From Squalus acanthias (lineage: Eukaryota): 64,000 nucleotides of DNA. The DNA lies in the NCBI GenBank assembly GCA_030390025.1, contig CM059432.1, forward strand, positions 29,886,001 to 29,950,000, read 5' to 3'. The notes below the pieces were generated by a model. It made no database searches. It saw nothing but the letters and a program-made list of their open reading frames with translations, and was not told where the DNA came from. Made by a program: the position numbers and the translations under genes. Positions within the stretch are counted from its first letter, which is position 1. Each line of letters begins with the position of its first letter. Positions 24,885-37,794 of this stretch are shown here, piece by piece.

Positions 24885-26842
24885 AAACTTTTTTTCTTCC
24901 TTTCAGGTGTCAAGGATCGCAAGCTTCAACAACTCTTGGACACAAACGTCCCTCCGGAACCTTCTTCCCCTTCACTTTCCTCTGACCCCATCCCTTCTCC
25001 CAATCTCACCCCCTGCCGCCTTTTCACTATCCCCTCTGACCCCAAACGATCAGTCCTTAGCAAAGGCCTGAGCTTCATCCCCTTACGCCCCCACCTCAAT
25101 GAATTTCGAGCTCGGCACGATGCTGAGCTCTTTTTCCGCCGCCTTCGTCTCCGTGCCCACTTCTTTGGCCAGGAGGCTTCCCCCCGCACGGCCGACCCTT
25201 TCTCCTGCTTTCAGAATTCTCGTTCTACCTGGACCCCTCCCTCTGGCCTCTTAACCTCTCTAGATCTTTTCATTGCAAACTGCCGGTGTGACATCGGCCG
25301 TCTCCATTTCTCTGCTCCCCTCACTCACTCCAACCTACCTCCCTCTGAACTTGCAGCACTCCATTCTCTCAGATCGAACTCCAACATTGTCATTAAACCT
25401 GCTGACAAGGGTGGTGCTGTTGTTGTTTGGCGAACCGACCTCTACCTAGCGGAAGCTGAACACCAACTCTCCGACACCTCCTCCTGCCTCTGCCTGGACC
25501 ATGACCCCACTACCGAACATCAAGCCACCATTTCCAAGGCTGTCACTGACTTCATCTCCTCTGGAGATCTTCCCCCCACGGCCGCCAACCTCATAGTTCC
25601 CCAACCCCGCACAGCCCGCTTCTACCTCCTTCCCAAGATCCACAAACAGAACTGCCCTGGTAGACCCATCGTTTCAGCCTGTTCTTGCCCGACGGAACTT
25701 ATCTCTTCCTATCTCAACTCTATTTTTTCTCCCCTTGTCCAGTCTCTTCCCACGCCCTCCGCCACTTTAACAGTTTCCAATTTCCTGGCCCCAACCGCCT
25801 CCTTTTCACTATGGACGTACAATCCCTCTACACCTCCATCCCCCACCAGGATGGCCCGAGGGCGCTCCGCTTCTTCCTCGAACAGAGGCCCAACCAGTCC
25901 CCATCCACCGCCACTCTCCTCCGCCTGGCTGAACTTGTTCTCACATTGAACAACTTCTCCTTTGACGCCACTCACATTCTCCAAATCAAAGGTGTTGCTA
26001 TGGGAACCCGCATGGGTCCTAGCTATGCCTGCCTTTTCGTGGGATATGTGGAACACTCTTTGTTCCAGTCCTACTCAGGTCCCCTCCCTCACCTCTTTTT
26101 CCCGGTACATTGATGACTGTATTGGCGCCGTTTCCTGCTCTCGCCCTGAACTAGATAATTTCATTCACTTTGCTTCCAATTTCCACCCTTCCCTCACCTT
26201 CACATGGTCCATCTCCAACTCTTCCCTTCCCTTCCTCGACTTCTCTGTCTCCATCTCTGGGGATAGGTTATTGACAAACATTCACTACAAGCCCACTGAC
26301 TCCCACAGCTACCTGGACTACACTTCCTCCCACCCCGCCTCCTGTAAGGACTCTATTCCATTCTCCCAGTTTCTCCGTCTCTGCCGCATCGGCTGACGAT
26401 GCCACCTTCCATACCAGATAGAGTTCAACAATTTCAGATCATAACCTCGGCCCCTATCCTATATATATTTTTTATCCACACCTTTTGTTTGTGTCTTTTC
26501 CTCTCTCCCACATGGCAGCTGTCTTTCATTCTGCCAGTGCAATTTACACTTCATCTAGAGCCATCCTTTGTTTCTTAACCTGTCCCATTACCATCTCCTT
26601 TTGCCTTGAATATCTCTTAATGTCGCTTAACCTCTCCTGCCTTCTATCCTATCACAGACCTTCCCTTTTGTTCTTTCATTCCCTCCCCCCTTTCCCAGCC
26701 CCTACACTTGCTTAAAAATCTGTTCCATTTCCTGTTTTTTTCCGGTTCTGACAAAAGGTCATCGACCTGAAACGTTAACTCTGTTTCTCTCTTCACAGAT
26801 GCTGCCTGACCTGCTGAGTATCTCCAGCATTTTCTGTTTTTA
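24885..26842 (+). mobile_element. Penelope-like element (family A): 5'-truncated, frameshifted RT, endonuclease region apparently deleted, terminal repeat retained
   Basis: PLE RT motifs LSKGLSFIP, IKPADKGGAVVV, YLLPKIHK, PGRPIVS, MDVQSLYTSIP, GVAMGTRMGP, RYIDD, YKPT..YLDYTSSHP; direct repeat agtcataagaa at 24874-24884 and 26843-26853. Confidence 0.9.
26744..26780 (+). ncRNA. Minimal type I hammerhead motif, core-mutated (CUGACAA)
   Basis: ggtt-CTGACAA-a-aggtc-atc-gacct-GAAAC-GTT-aact; G8 to A relative to the 55587 copy. Confidence 0.55.
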
Positions 26843-27791
26843 AGTCATAAGAAGGAACGGGCAACTTTCTCACTGGTCTCTGCCAGCGCCGCAGTGTTTA
26901 TCCTGAGATGAGAAATGTGTGTGGACCAGGATGGACTCATTCTTACGATTTCCTACCCTGCCCTGTCTATAAGGAGAACTGCAGAGATAAAGCTGCACAT
27001 AAAAATGCTAAAGCCTCTCTCCCCTTGCATGGAGAGTGACACGACAGCCCCTCTTTTTTTAAGGTATTTCCCCATAGCTCCTCCCCACCGCCCCAAAACA
27101 TGAGAGCAAGCTGCTCACGGTTTCTCTGAATGAAACCTTGGAGCAGCGCGAGAAGGAACTGGGGGAACTTTCCTTGCCTCCCAGTATTTGGCCTTAATAC
27201 AATGGCACGGCTGAGATTGAGAATTCAGTGAGAACTGGTTTAAATCTTTCGAATATGTTTTTATTATATTACCTGGTTTTTGTATAGAAACCTGAAGTGA
27301 AGATTTCTTGTGCAGGAGCCTATAAGGTCCTGGGGGAGGGAATGAGAACTGACCTCTGATCACCCTCACTTCCACACAGAAGAAGTGACTTCTATTCAGT
27401 GCAACACATGGCAGCATGGTAACTTTGCTTGTTGCACGTAAAAGGCAGGGTCTGTTCATCAAGGTGTAATGTAATTATCTGAATTTTCACACTTTTACGG
27501 AGTCTGTTGTCTTCCTTTGATCCTGCATTAAAGTCATGCTGCAAGCAGCCATTTTGTGTAGAGTCCCCTCTGTCATACCATCATGAACTGCGAGGAGGCA
27601 TTATGACTCATGATGCCCAGGTTGTTCTAAGAAAAATAACTATTTCTAGAATACCTGTGATATACTTGATCCTCTTTACCTCCAATTTCTGTCTCTGCAA
27701 TGGGTTAAAATTCAGAGTCGAAGGGCAAAGGTCAGCAGTGAGTACACAAATCATGCAGTCCAATCACTGATCTCTGCTGTGAAATACAAAA

Positions 27792-27984
27792 TTGAGAGGT
27801 CGCACAACACCAGGTTATAGTCCAACAGTTTTATTTGAAATCACAAGCTTTCGGAGCTATCGATCGCCCCTTGATCGATAGCTCCGAAAGCTTGTGATTT
27901 CAAATAAAACTGTTGGAGTATAACCTGGTGTTGTGCGACCTCTCAATTTTGTCCACCCCAGTCCAACACCGGCATCTCCGCATC
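27792..27984 (+). mobile_element. Palindromic Penelope-terminus mini-element (family B)
   Basis: ~75-bp inverted arms around gcccctt, then tail tgtccaccccagtccaacaccggcatctcc; gtgaaatacaaaa at 27779-27791 and 27985-27997. Confidence 0.8.
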
Positions 27985-28089
27985 GTGAAATACAAAAGCA
28001 TTGGGATATTTATTTAGAAATTTCCTTCCGCTCTATATTTCTTCTGAAGGCTCAAACTCATGGTGGGCTGTGGTTTTGTGAGCAGTGCC

Positions 28090-28400
28090 TTGTCCAAGTG
28101 GCCATCTTTTGCGTATTGGGAGGCTATTTGACCATAGAGGACATCACAGCCAAGCTTGATCCTCTTCTCACTGAATGTTCATGCTCACGCACTTTCCAGC
28201 ACGGATTACTAGATAACAATCAGAAGCTGGAACCCTAGTTGTTCTTTTCCCTCTCTCTAGCCATGGGGCAATACGGCAAACTGTAGCACCCCAACTGCCA
28301 ACCCCGCTAATATCAGTTAACTCAGCACAGGCAAGAACTTCCTTGGTCTGCGTGACTCTGCATCATAGCAGGTAGTGATTCACACACTAAGCTATCAGAT
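28090..28400 (-). mobile_element. LF-SINE-like SINE
   Basis: ccaagtggccat...ggacatcacagccaagc...aactcagcacag. Confidence 0.55.
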
Positions 28401-28514
28401 TTGCAGGTATTTGTTTCTTTAAAGATTTTGCCAAATTTCAGAGAGCGCGGAATAAAATACCTTGTGATCAGTCATTTTTGTCTCACGCTCCCAGCGGTGA
28501 TAACCCTGCTTTAC

Positions 28515-28708
28515 CTTTCAGTCTTATCTGCGAGTTTGACCCGCTTTGAAGTCACGGCCTCCTCTGCCGCTCCATCCCGACTTGTTTCAGAAGTGTGCTT
28601 CCGCTTGTGGCTTTTCCATTGTCGGTGCTGCAGCTTGCACTTGGAGCCCTGCGTGCAGCTCCCGGTCCGGGAGAATTCGGGGCAGACGAGCGTGTGTTTC
28701 TTCTTGCA
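28515..28708 (-). CDS. ZC3H3: ZC3H3 internal coding exon (end of one CCCH finger, last CCCH finger, basic region)
   Basis: Translates CKKKHTLVCPEFSRTGSCTQGSKCKLQHRQWKSHKRK...KTER, recognisably similar to vertebrate ZC3H3 (CKKKHTLLCPDF...C...C..H). Polypyrimidine tract + CAG acceptor (28709-28711), GTAAAG donor; 194 nt, phase 0 to 2. Confidence 0.92.
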
Positions 28709-29928
28709 CTGGAGAAGGAAACATTTTTTTTTAAATTTCAGAAAGTAGTTCTGCAATTCCTCATATATATCTACTAAGGACTGCCTTTGCAGTCTGAAGA
28801 GATACCTGAAACTACACTACTTCATCAAATAAACAGACACAAGTACAACAGGCAAAAGTAGGCATTAACCTCCCTCTCTGCTCCCTCCTCCTCCCCCTGC
28901 CCCCACCACCAAAATCCTGCATTCAATGAGTTGATTTCCACATTATTTTAAAATGAAGCCTTGAGCTTTGAAGTAATCAGCCCAGCAGGAGCACAACACC
29001 AGCTGACAGGGCAGCTTCGAGATGTCAAAAACGGTGCTGGAGAGGGGTGCGGAGAAGAATGCAGCAAGAATAATGAAGTCTACTCTGTGATGAATCAGTT
29101 TTAGAAATCAAAGCTGGAGGCGAAGGGGACTGTTGAAGTGAGAGCAGACAGTAAATCAGAGAGATGTCTTTGCACCTTCTCCATGTGTGTCTACAACTCA
29201 GAAGCAAGGCTGCTAATTTGGGTCCAATGGAGACCCACTTTTTGGGCTGCAGCTCCCAGGGCCCAAGGAATCAACGTTCTTTCTTCTGTGGAGCATTGAG
29301 AGGCAGGAGTATATTGCGAAAGTAAAACAGCTGCAGTTGTCTCTAAGCCTGAAACCTGCAGGCCGTGTTGACATTGTTAGTCGTGGTGTGAGGCGTAGTG
29401 GGCAGATCCAACTGGCGTGTGTTTGAGGTTTATTCATACTTTTTTTGTGCCCTGCATGCTGTCGAAAAATGATTGAAACAAAAAACTGCTGGGAATGAGC
29501 GACAAATTTGGAAACACAACAGACTTGTTAAAGAATGTACTGCCATCTCAAATATTTAGTGACTGCAAAAGCGGAATTTCACAGTGGAGTCCATTACACA
29601 CTTGTTATGTACTCTGTTTCAGATATCAAATTCCTGCAGGATCAATTCAACCCATAAAAACTGATGGATGCCTTAGTTATCGTAAATCATCACACCGGCC
29701 GAATATTGAGGATCAACCAGCACAGTATGAGTTGCAAATTAAATGTTTCCAGTTGCACAAGAACAATTTTGTGTTTTCTTCCCTCAGGTGTTGGTTTTTA
29801 CCAGGGCCACTTCAAATTTATAGCAAACTTAAAACAAGTGGAAGAAAAAAAGCATTTCCATTAAAAGGGATCAGGAAAAAAATACATCTGCCAATCAAAC
29901 AGCAACAGATGCCCAGAAATGATGGGCT

Positions 29929-30695
29929 GGTTTCTATATAGAATAATGGATACCTGGGAGTGAGTTACAGGCTGGAATCTAATCGAGGGGTTCAGATAGT
30001 TTCTATATAGAATAGTTGATACCTGGGAGTGTCACAAGCTGGAATCTAATTGAGGGGCTCAGGTGGTTTATGTTTATAATAATGGAAATGCCTGGAGTGA
30101 GTTACAGGCTAAATTCTGATCAAGGAATTCAGATGGTTAATGTATAGAACAATGGATATCTGAGAGTGAACTACAACCTAGAATTTAAGGCGGTAATGTA
30201 GAGAGCAATAAATCCTTAAGTATGAAGGAGTAGTTTAGTTGAGGAGTTGGCATCATGATTAATGGTAGCTACTTTATGATGGGAACATACTACCCATCTT
30301 TAAAAAAGGTCAAAGGGACTGTCTTGGAAATTACAGGTTGGTGTGTTGCAGGTTGGAATTTAATTGAGGGGTCCAGATGGTTTATATTTATAAAGGATTT
30401 CAGATACTTGGAAATTAGTTATAATTGAGGGGGTTCAAATGGTTTATATATAGGATAATCTGCCAGTGGGTTACAGGCTGAAATCTAATTGACAAGATTA
30501 GATGGCTTATATATTGAACAATATTGGATAACTGGGCGTGAGTTACAGGCAAGAACATGGCAATGAGCTTTGGATGGTTCATGTATGGTATAAAGGATAC
30601 CCAGGAGTGAGTTACAGGTTGGAATATAATTGAGGTTCAGACAGTTTATATACTTGGCAGTGAATTACAGGCTGGAACCTATTCATGAAGTTTAG
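29929..30695. repeat. Degenerate ~66-70 bp tandem repeat, about 11 copies
   Basis: First unit tggtttctatatagaataatggatacctgggagtgagttacaggctggaatctaatcgaggggttcaga (69 bp); later copies are more diverged. Confidence 0.85.
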
Positions 30696-32543
30696 ATAAT
30701 AACATCATCAGGACCACTGATTTATGGCAACTGAATGAGTCAAATTCAGTTTTTACTACATATAGTGATTGAATTTTTGCTGGTATTTTGGGGATTAAAT
30801 TCAGTGATTCTGTAAAAACCGTAAATTCTGGACAAAAAAATCTTAAGCACAATCACCATCAGACTAAAGCCTTGAAATCATTAACAACAACATAAGAACA
30901 TAAGAAATAGGAGCAGGAGTCAGCCATTTGGCCCCTCGAGCCTGCTCCGCCATTCAGTAAGATCATGGCTGATCTTCTACCTCAACTCCACATTCCTGCA
31001 CTATCCCCATATCCCTTGATATCCAAAAATCTATCAATCTCTGTCTTGAATATACTCAATGACTGAGCCTCCACAGCCCTCTGGGGTAGAGAATTCCAAA
31101 GATTCACCACCCTCTGAAGAAATTTCTCCTCATCTCAGTCCTAAATGGCTGACCCCTTATTCTGAGACTGTGACCCCGAGTTCTAGACTCCCCAGCCAGG
31201 GGAAACATCCTCCCTGCATCTACCCTGTAAGAATTTTGTATGTTTCAATGTGATCACCTCTCATTCTTCTAAACTCTAGAGAATATAGGCCTAGTCTACT
31301 CAATCTCTCCTCATAGGACAATCCCCCATCCCAGGAATCAGTCTGGTGAAACTTTGTTGCACTCCCTCTATCCTTCCTTAGTTAAGGAGACCAAAACTGT
31401 ACACAATACTCCAGCTGTGGTCTCATCAGGGCCCTATATAATTGCAATAAGATATCTTTACTCTTGTACTCAAATCCTCTTGTAATAAAGGGCAACATAT
31501 CATTCGCTTTGCTAATTGCTTGCTGTACCTGCATGTTAACTTTCAGTGATTCGTATACAAGGACACCCAGGTCCTTCTGAACACCAACATCTCCCAATCT
31601 CTCACCATTTAAAAAATACTCTTTTCTATTTTTCCTACCAAAGTGAATAACTTCACATTTCTCCACATTATATTCCATTTGCCATGTTCTTGCCCACTCA
31701 CTTAGCTTGTCTATATCTCCATGAAGCCTCTTTGCATCCTCCTCACAACTTACATTCCCAGCCAGCTTTGTATCATCAGCAAACTTGGATATATTACATT
31801 TGGTCCCCTCATCCAAATCATTGATATGCGGTACCCCACTAGTTACAGCCTGCCAACCCGAAAATGACCCGTTTATTCCTACTCTGTTTTCTGTCCGTTA
31901 ACCAATCCTCAATCCATGCCAGTATATTACCCCCAATCCCATGAGCCCTAATTTTGTTTAATAACCTCGTGTGGCACCTTATCAAATGCCTTCTGAAAAT
32001 CCAAATACACCACATCCACTGGTTCCCCCTTATCTATTCTGCTAGTTACAACCTCAAAAAATTCAAACAGGTTTGTCAAACACGATTTCCCTTTCATAAA
32101 TCTGTGTTGACTCTGCCCAACCTTCTTATTATTTTCTAAGTGCCCTGTTACCACGTCCTTAATAATAGATTCTACCACTTTCCCTACTACTGATGTCAGG
32201 CTAACTGATCTGTAGTTCCCCGTTTTCTCTCTCCCTCCTTTCTTAAATAGTGGGGTTACATTTGCTACCTTCCAATCTGCGGGAACCGTTCTAGAATCTA
32301 TGGAATTTTGGAAAATGACAACCAATGCATTGACTATCTCTATAGCCACCTCTTTCAAAACCCTAGGATGTAGGCCATCAGGTCCAGGGGATTTATCGGC
32401 TTTCAGTCCCATTAATTTCTCCAGTACTATTTTTTTTTTACTAATACTATTTTCTTTCAGTTCCTCATTCTCACTAGACCCTTGGTTCTCCACTATTTCT
32501 GGGAAGTTTTTTTGCGTCTTCTTTCGTGAAGACAAGACACAAA

Positions 32544-33351
32544 GGGGGGAATTTTCCTGGCCCTGGGGTGGCGGGACTGCCGGTAAAATGACAAAAACTG
32601 GGTACCGACCCCACTCCCAACCCGCCTCCGTGCCATCTTCCCAGGAGGCGGGTCTCCGAGTCGCGCAGAGACCCGTCTCCTCGAGGTTGGACGGGGATTA
32701 GAGCCAATTAACTGCCTGTTAACAGGCAGTTTTGAGGCTTTTCCACATTTTACGCCTGCAATTGCAGGCTTCCCTACGGCTGCGAACCTAGCCAGGGTCA
32801 GCGAGGCGAGCAGTGAGTCTGCGGGGGCGAGAGGGGTCGAAATATCAGCTGTAGAGGTGAGTGATGGGTGCAAGTGTGGACAGGTAAGTATCAGAGGTGA
32901 GTGTAAAGTGTTGGAAAAAGTTTCCTTACCTTTGCTTCTTTCTGCAGGCTTCAACCTTTGAGGATCCGGAGGTGCCTCATCTCAACGGCAGAGATGACAG
33001 AATGGCTGCTGCATTCTCAGATGCAGTAGCCATCTGCTTTCTGCTGAGGAGAGATGTCTTGGTGAGCCTGTGTGCAAGGGCTCACCTTAGAACAGAGATT
33101 GCCAGTGCTTGACAGCTTCTCAAAGCTGTCAAACGCTGACCAATCATCTGTCAAAAAAATTGAGACAGATGAAGCGTCATACGCTGACGTCAACGGTCAC
33201 CGGCTTTCCCTTAATTGGCCGGTAGGGCGGCCTTAACAAGGCCAATCAAGGAAAAATAACGTGGGTTGGTCAGACGTCGCTGGGGGCGGGACTGAAACCC
33301 GGAAACCAGAAGTCCCACCTCCAGCACGTCTCCACTGAGAAAATCCAGCCC
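32544..33351. mobile_element. Non-autonomous DNA transposon (PIF/Harbinger-like MITE) inside CR1
   Basis: Interrupts CR1 gacacaaa|gtatttg; imperfect TIRs ggggggaattttc / gaaaatccagccc; 3-bp duplication aaa. Confidence 0.7.
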
Positions 33352-33943
33352 AAAGTATTTGTTTAATTTCTCTACCATTTCCTTAGTCCCAATTATAATT
33401 TCTCCTGTCTCAGCCTGTAAGGGACCCACATTTACTTTTTCTAATCTTTTCCTTTTTACATACCTATAGAAGCTTTTACAGTCTGTTTTTCTGTCTCTCG
33501 CTAGTTTACTCTCATATTCTATTTTCCCTTTCTTTATCAATTTCTTGGTCCTCCTTTGCTGAATTCTAAAATCCTCCCAATCCTCAGGCTTACTACTCTG
33601 TTTGGCAACATTATAAGCCTCTTCCTTTGATCTAATACTATCTTTAACTTCTCTTGTTAGTCATGGTTGGAGCACTTTTCCTGTGGGGTTTTTGTGCCTT
33701 AAAGGAATGTATATTTGTTGTAAATTATGTATTAATTCTTTAAATGCTAGCCACTACTGTCATACCTTTTAATGTAGTTTCCCAATCTACCTTAGCCAAC
33801 TCGCCCCTCATACCTACGTAGTCTGCTTTGTTTAGATTTAAGACCCTAGTTTCGGATTTAACTAAATCACTTTCAAACTCAATATAAAATTCTATCATAT
33901 TATGGGCACTCTTCCCTAAAGGCCCCTTTACTACAAGGTTATT

Positions 33944-34071
33944 GTGAGAAGTCGCACAACACCAGGTTATAGTCCAACAGCTTTATTTGAAATCACAAGC
34001 TTTCGGAGCGCTGTTGTGCGACTTCTCACATTTGTCCACCCCAGTCCAACACTGGCATCTCCACATCATGG
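33944..34071 (+). mobile_element. Penelope-terminus mini-element (family B, internally deleted) inside CR1
   Basis: Same arms and tail as 27792; ctacaaggttatt at 33931-33943 and 34072-34084. Confidence 0.8.
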
Positions 34072-36229
34072 CTACAAGGTTATTAATTAACCCTTTCTCG
34101 TTGCACAATAGTAGATCTAGTTCATTCCTCAACATACTGATCTAGAAAACTGTCATTCATACATTCCATGAATTCGTCCTCCACACTATTACTGCAAATT
34201 TGGTTTGTCCAGTCTATATGTAGATTAAAGTCCATGATTACTGTATTACCCTTGTTGCATGCGCCTCTAATTTCCTGATTTATACTCTGCCCCACATTAC
34301 AACTACTGTTTGGGGGCCTATAAACAACTCCCACCAATGTTTTCTGTCCCTTGCTGTTTCTTAGCTCCACCCAAACTGATTCTACTTCTTGATTTTCGGA
34401 GCTAAGATCCTTTCTCTCTACTGTCTTTATCGCATCCTTTATTATAAGGGCCACCCCTCCTCCTTTTCCATTTTGCCTATCTCTTCTAAAAGTTAAGTAT
34501 CCTGGAATATTTAGTTCCCAACCTTGGCCACATTGCAACCACGTCTCCGCAATGGCTATTAGATCAAACCTATTAATTTCTATCTGTGGTATTAATTCAT
34601 CTATTTTGTTGTGAATGCTTCGCTCATTCAGATATAGTGCTTTTAGCTTTGACTTATTTCTATTTTTCCCTGATGTCACCTTAGTCACTCATGCCTTATT
34701 ACCTTTGTTACTTTCTCTGTCCCTTCCTGACGCACTCTGCTTATTTTTACCCAAAACTCTACTCTGCTCTAGAGCCTTGCCATTTCTCTTGCTGCTTTTA
34801 AATTTACTCTTTTCTGAATCCTCCTACCCCACCTTCATTAGTTTAAAGCCCTGTCTACTGCCCTAGTTATTCGGTTCACCAGTATACAGGTCCCAGCCCG
34901 GTTTAAGTGGAGCCTGTTCCAACGGAACAGCTCCCTCTTTCCCCAGTACTGGTGCCAGTGCCCCATGAACTGAAACCCCTTCCTTCCACACCACACTCTA
35001 AGCCACACATTTAAACCTCGAATCTGTTTGTCCCTATGCCAACTTGCGCGTGGCTCAGGTAACAATCCAGAGATTATTACTTTAAGGTTCTGTTTTTTAA
35101 TTTGGATCCTAGCTCCTCAAACTTCCTCAGCAGAACCTCATTCCTAGTTCTACCTATGTCGTTGGTTCCTATGTGGACCATGACAATTGGATCATCCCCC
35201 TCCCACTCCAAGTTCTCCTCCAGCCGCGAGGGAATGTCTTTAACCCTGGCAGCCAACACAACCTTCGGAACTCTCGGTCGCGGCTGCAGAGAACAGTATC
35301 TATCCCCGACTATACTGTCCCCTTCCACAACTACAGTCTCTTTCACTCCCCCCACTTGAATGACCTCCTGCACCATGGTGCCATGGTCAGCTTGCTCATC
35401 CATCCTGCAGGCTTTTCCCTCATCCACACAGGCAGCAAGAATCTCATACCTGTTGGACAAGGGCAAAGGCTGAGGCTCCTCCAGCACTGCATCTGGGGTC
35501 TTACCTGCCTGAGTTGCAGTCACACCCTCTTGTCCCTGACCACTACCACTAAGGGGTGTGAATGCCTCTTGGATCATTGCCTGGATATTTGTTATAACAC
35601 ACAGTAGATGAAGTTCACAGGTTATGTTTATTAAGTTTAGGGTGATTATGTTTATTAAGTTTCGGGTTTATTAAGAAGGCGGCTGACTGCCACTGCATGT
35701 CATCAATATGTAGAGATCCAAAATAAAGGTTACTAACTGAGTGACAATCACTGCAAGTTCATTAAGCGACACTTAACAACTGAGTACTGGAAAATGATGC
35801 CTACATGGGACAATAGGTTGATGGTAGAAGGTTTGTAATATCAGAACATGATGAAGCAGCTAATATTTTATATCCATCAGCCATTTTTTATTCTTTATAT
35901 TAGGTACAGTATCATTCACTGATTAGAAGTGGTTCTACTTTGATTACTTATTGGTTATAAGGGTGTGAATGTAGGTAGTGAAACTCTAAAAGTGATACTC
36001 ACTGGCAACATCTGCTATTTCAGTAATATCAGCTTTATTTGTAAGAAACCAAGCTTAAAAGGCAAGGCCCATAGTGCAGAATGACACCAAGGCAAAAATT
36101 TGCTAACGGGAGGACGAATTAAATGAGGAAATATTGATTGGGAGATACTGAGCTTGGGTTTATATATCCCGCAGACTGTAGGAGGAAAGGAAAATTCAGG
36201 GAGGAAAGCAGCTCCACAGTTCTGAGGTC

Positions 36230-37200
36230 CATCCGTGATCTCCTCCTCTTCACTATCTACAGGCTACCTCACGGTAACATTATCCAGAAGCAAGGGATCA
36301 GCTTCTACATCTGCTGATGACACCCAGTTTTACCTTGCTGCCTCCTTCATTAATCCTAGGATTGTTGCCAAACTTCCAAATTGCCCGTCTGATATCAAGA
36401 CCTCTATGAGCCAAAACAGCCAAATGTTAGCAAAACCGAGACCATCCACCTCAGCTGGCTTTACCTTCATCAATCTCCCTGACCATCATCTAAAAGTTGA
36501 GTCAGGAGGCACGAAATGTGGTGTTCTGCTTGACCCCAAGCTCACTTTCCTCCTCCACATCCATTCTATTACCAAAATCTCTTTGTTCCACCTCCAGTAA
36601 CACTGCCCATCTCCACTCCTATTTTTACCCTTCCGCTGCCAAAACTCTAGTCCATCACCTCAAGGTTTTACTTTCTTAGAGCCCACTTAGCTGGTCTAAC
36701 TGCCTCAGCCTTCCCCAAGCTTTAATTCATCCAAAAGGCCAAGTCCACATCCTCACCATCACAAAGTACAACACTCCCATCACCACCCAACCCTTTCCAA
36801 GCTCCACCATCATCGCACACTCCAGCGTCATCATTTCAAAATTCATATCCTTGCTTTCGCTTCACCCACCCTACCTTCATGATCTCCTCCTTTCATCGCG
36901 CATGCACTTTGCTTCTCTAACTGCGGACTTCTTTGCTCCCTCTGTTCCACTATTGGCAGCCATTCATTCAGTCATCACACTCCTGCCCTTTAAAGTTCCC
37001 TACCCAGTTCCCTCCACATTCCTCTCTTCAAAAAACCTCTCCAAAACCTCTTTGATAGTGTGTTCATTTGGTCATCCTCGCTTCTCTCAGCCTTGCCCCA
37101 TGGCCGACGTCTACCATGCCCTTTTCCTCCTTATTGTAAAGTACTTTGAGATGCCTTCCTACATGTGAAAAGCACTCTATAAATGCATAGTTGTTGTTGC
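36230..37200 (+). mobile_element. Old L2 LINE fragment
   Basis: ADDTQFY motif; tail ctataaatgcatagttgttg. Confidence 0.7.
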
Positions 37201-37794
37201 CAACTTGACTTGGAGTGGGAGATGGTGCGACACTTTTAGGATGCAGGGATGAGGAAAACGCTTGTATTTACAGCTTAGAAGAAACAAGATAGAACTTGCT
37301 TTATAGAGATGTTTACAGTCTCAGGGATGTGGGACTGTCACATTCACCCTCCAGCAGATTAAGCTGATTGGGCCTGGAAGTCTGTCATAATAGGTCAGGT
37401 GTCACAACTGAGGCCGGTGTCGGGAGCGGAGAGAGCGACGGTACAGTGAGCACTTAAACTCACTTTCGCGGGCTTTCTTTCAGAGGCTCACCAATCTCGC
37501 AGACCGGCGGCGGCGTTCCAGAGCCACGTCACGATTCAAAAACTGACGCGGGCAAGAGGAAGCAGCTGATTGGGTGAGTACGGCCAGGTGAGTATTTATA
37601 CTACTCTATAGTTTGACAGTTAAGGTTAACAGTTTATAAAGATTAGAAGGTCTTAATTTTGTGGTTATAATTTCTAAGGTCTCTGTTGTGCAGCGGGGAG
37701 TGCTAGTAAACAAGGGCCCTTGAGTATATCATTTCATTGTAGTGTAATTTGTGGTATTGATTTGATTTAATTTAAATTAATTAAAGGGTAAGTC

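Larger units (their letters stand above)
30888..35560 (-). mobile_element. Long degenerate CR1 (ORF1 esterase, APE, RT) with two nested insertions
   Basis: GDSIV/VHIGTNDIG (ORF1), AETWL/VGVVYRPP (APE), KSPGPDG, YLDFQKAFDKV, KFADDTKL; (cataagaa)n 3' end at ~30890. Confidence 0.95.

Noticed and set aside
24885..24910. Acceptor-like tttttttcttcctttcag at the PLE 5' end (possible retained PLE intron)
   Set aside because: Reads through in frame with the PLE ORF (LFFFLSGVKDRKLQQL), so it is more simply coding sequence at a truncation point.
24926..25189. Arg/Lys-rich minus-strand ORF
   Set aside because: Antisense shadow of the Penelope RT; many other listed ORFs are likewise antisense to LINE ORF2.
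29929..30695. CRISPR-like periodicity
   Set aside because: Whole units repeat, with no unique spacers and no cas genes; eukaryotic context.
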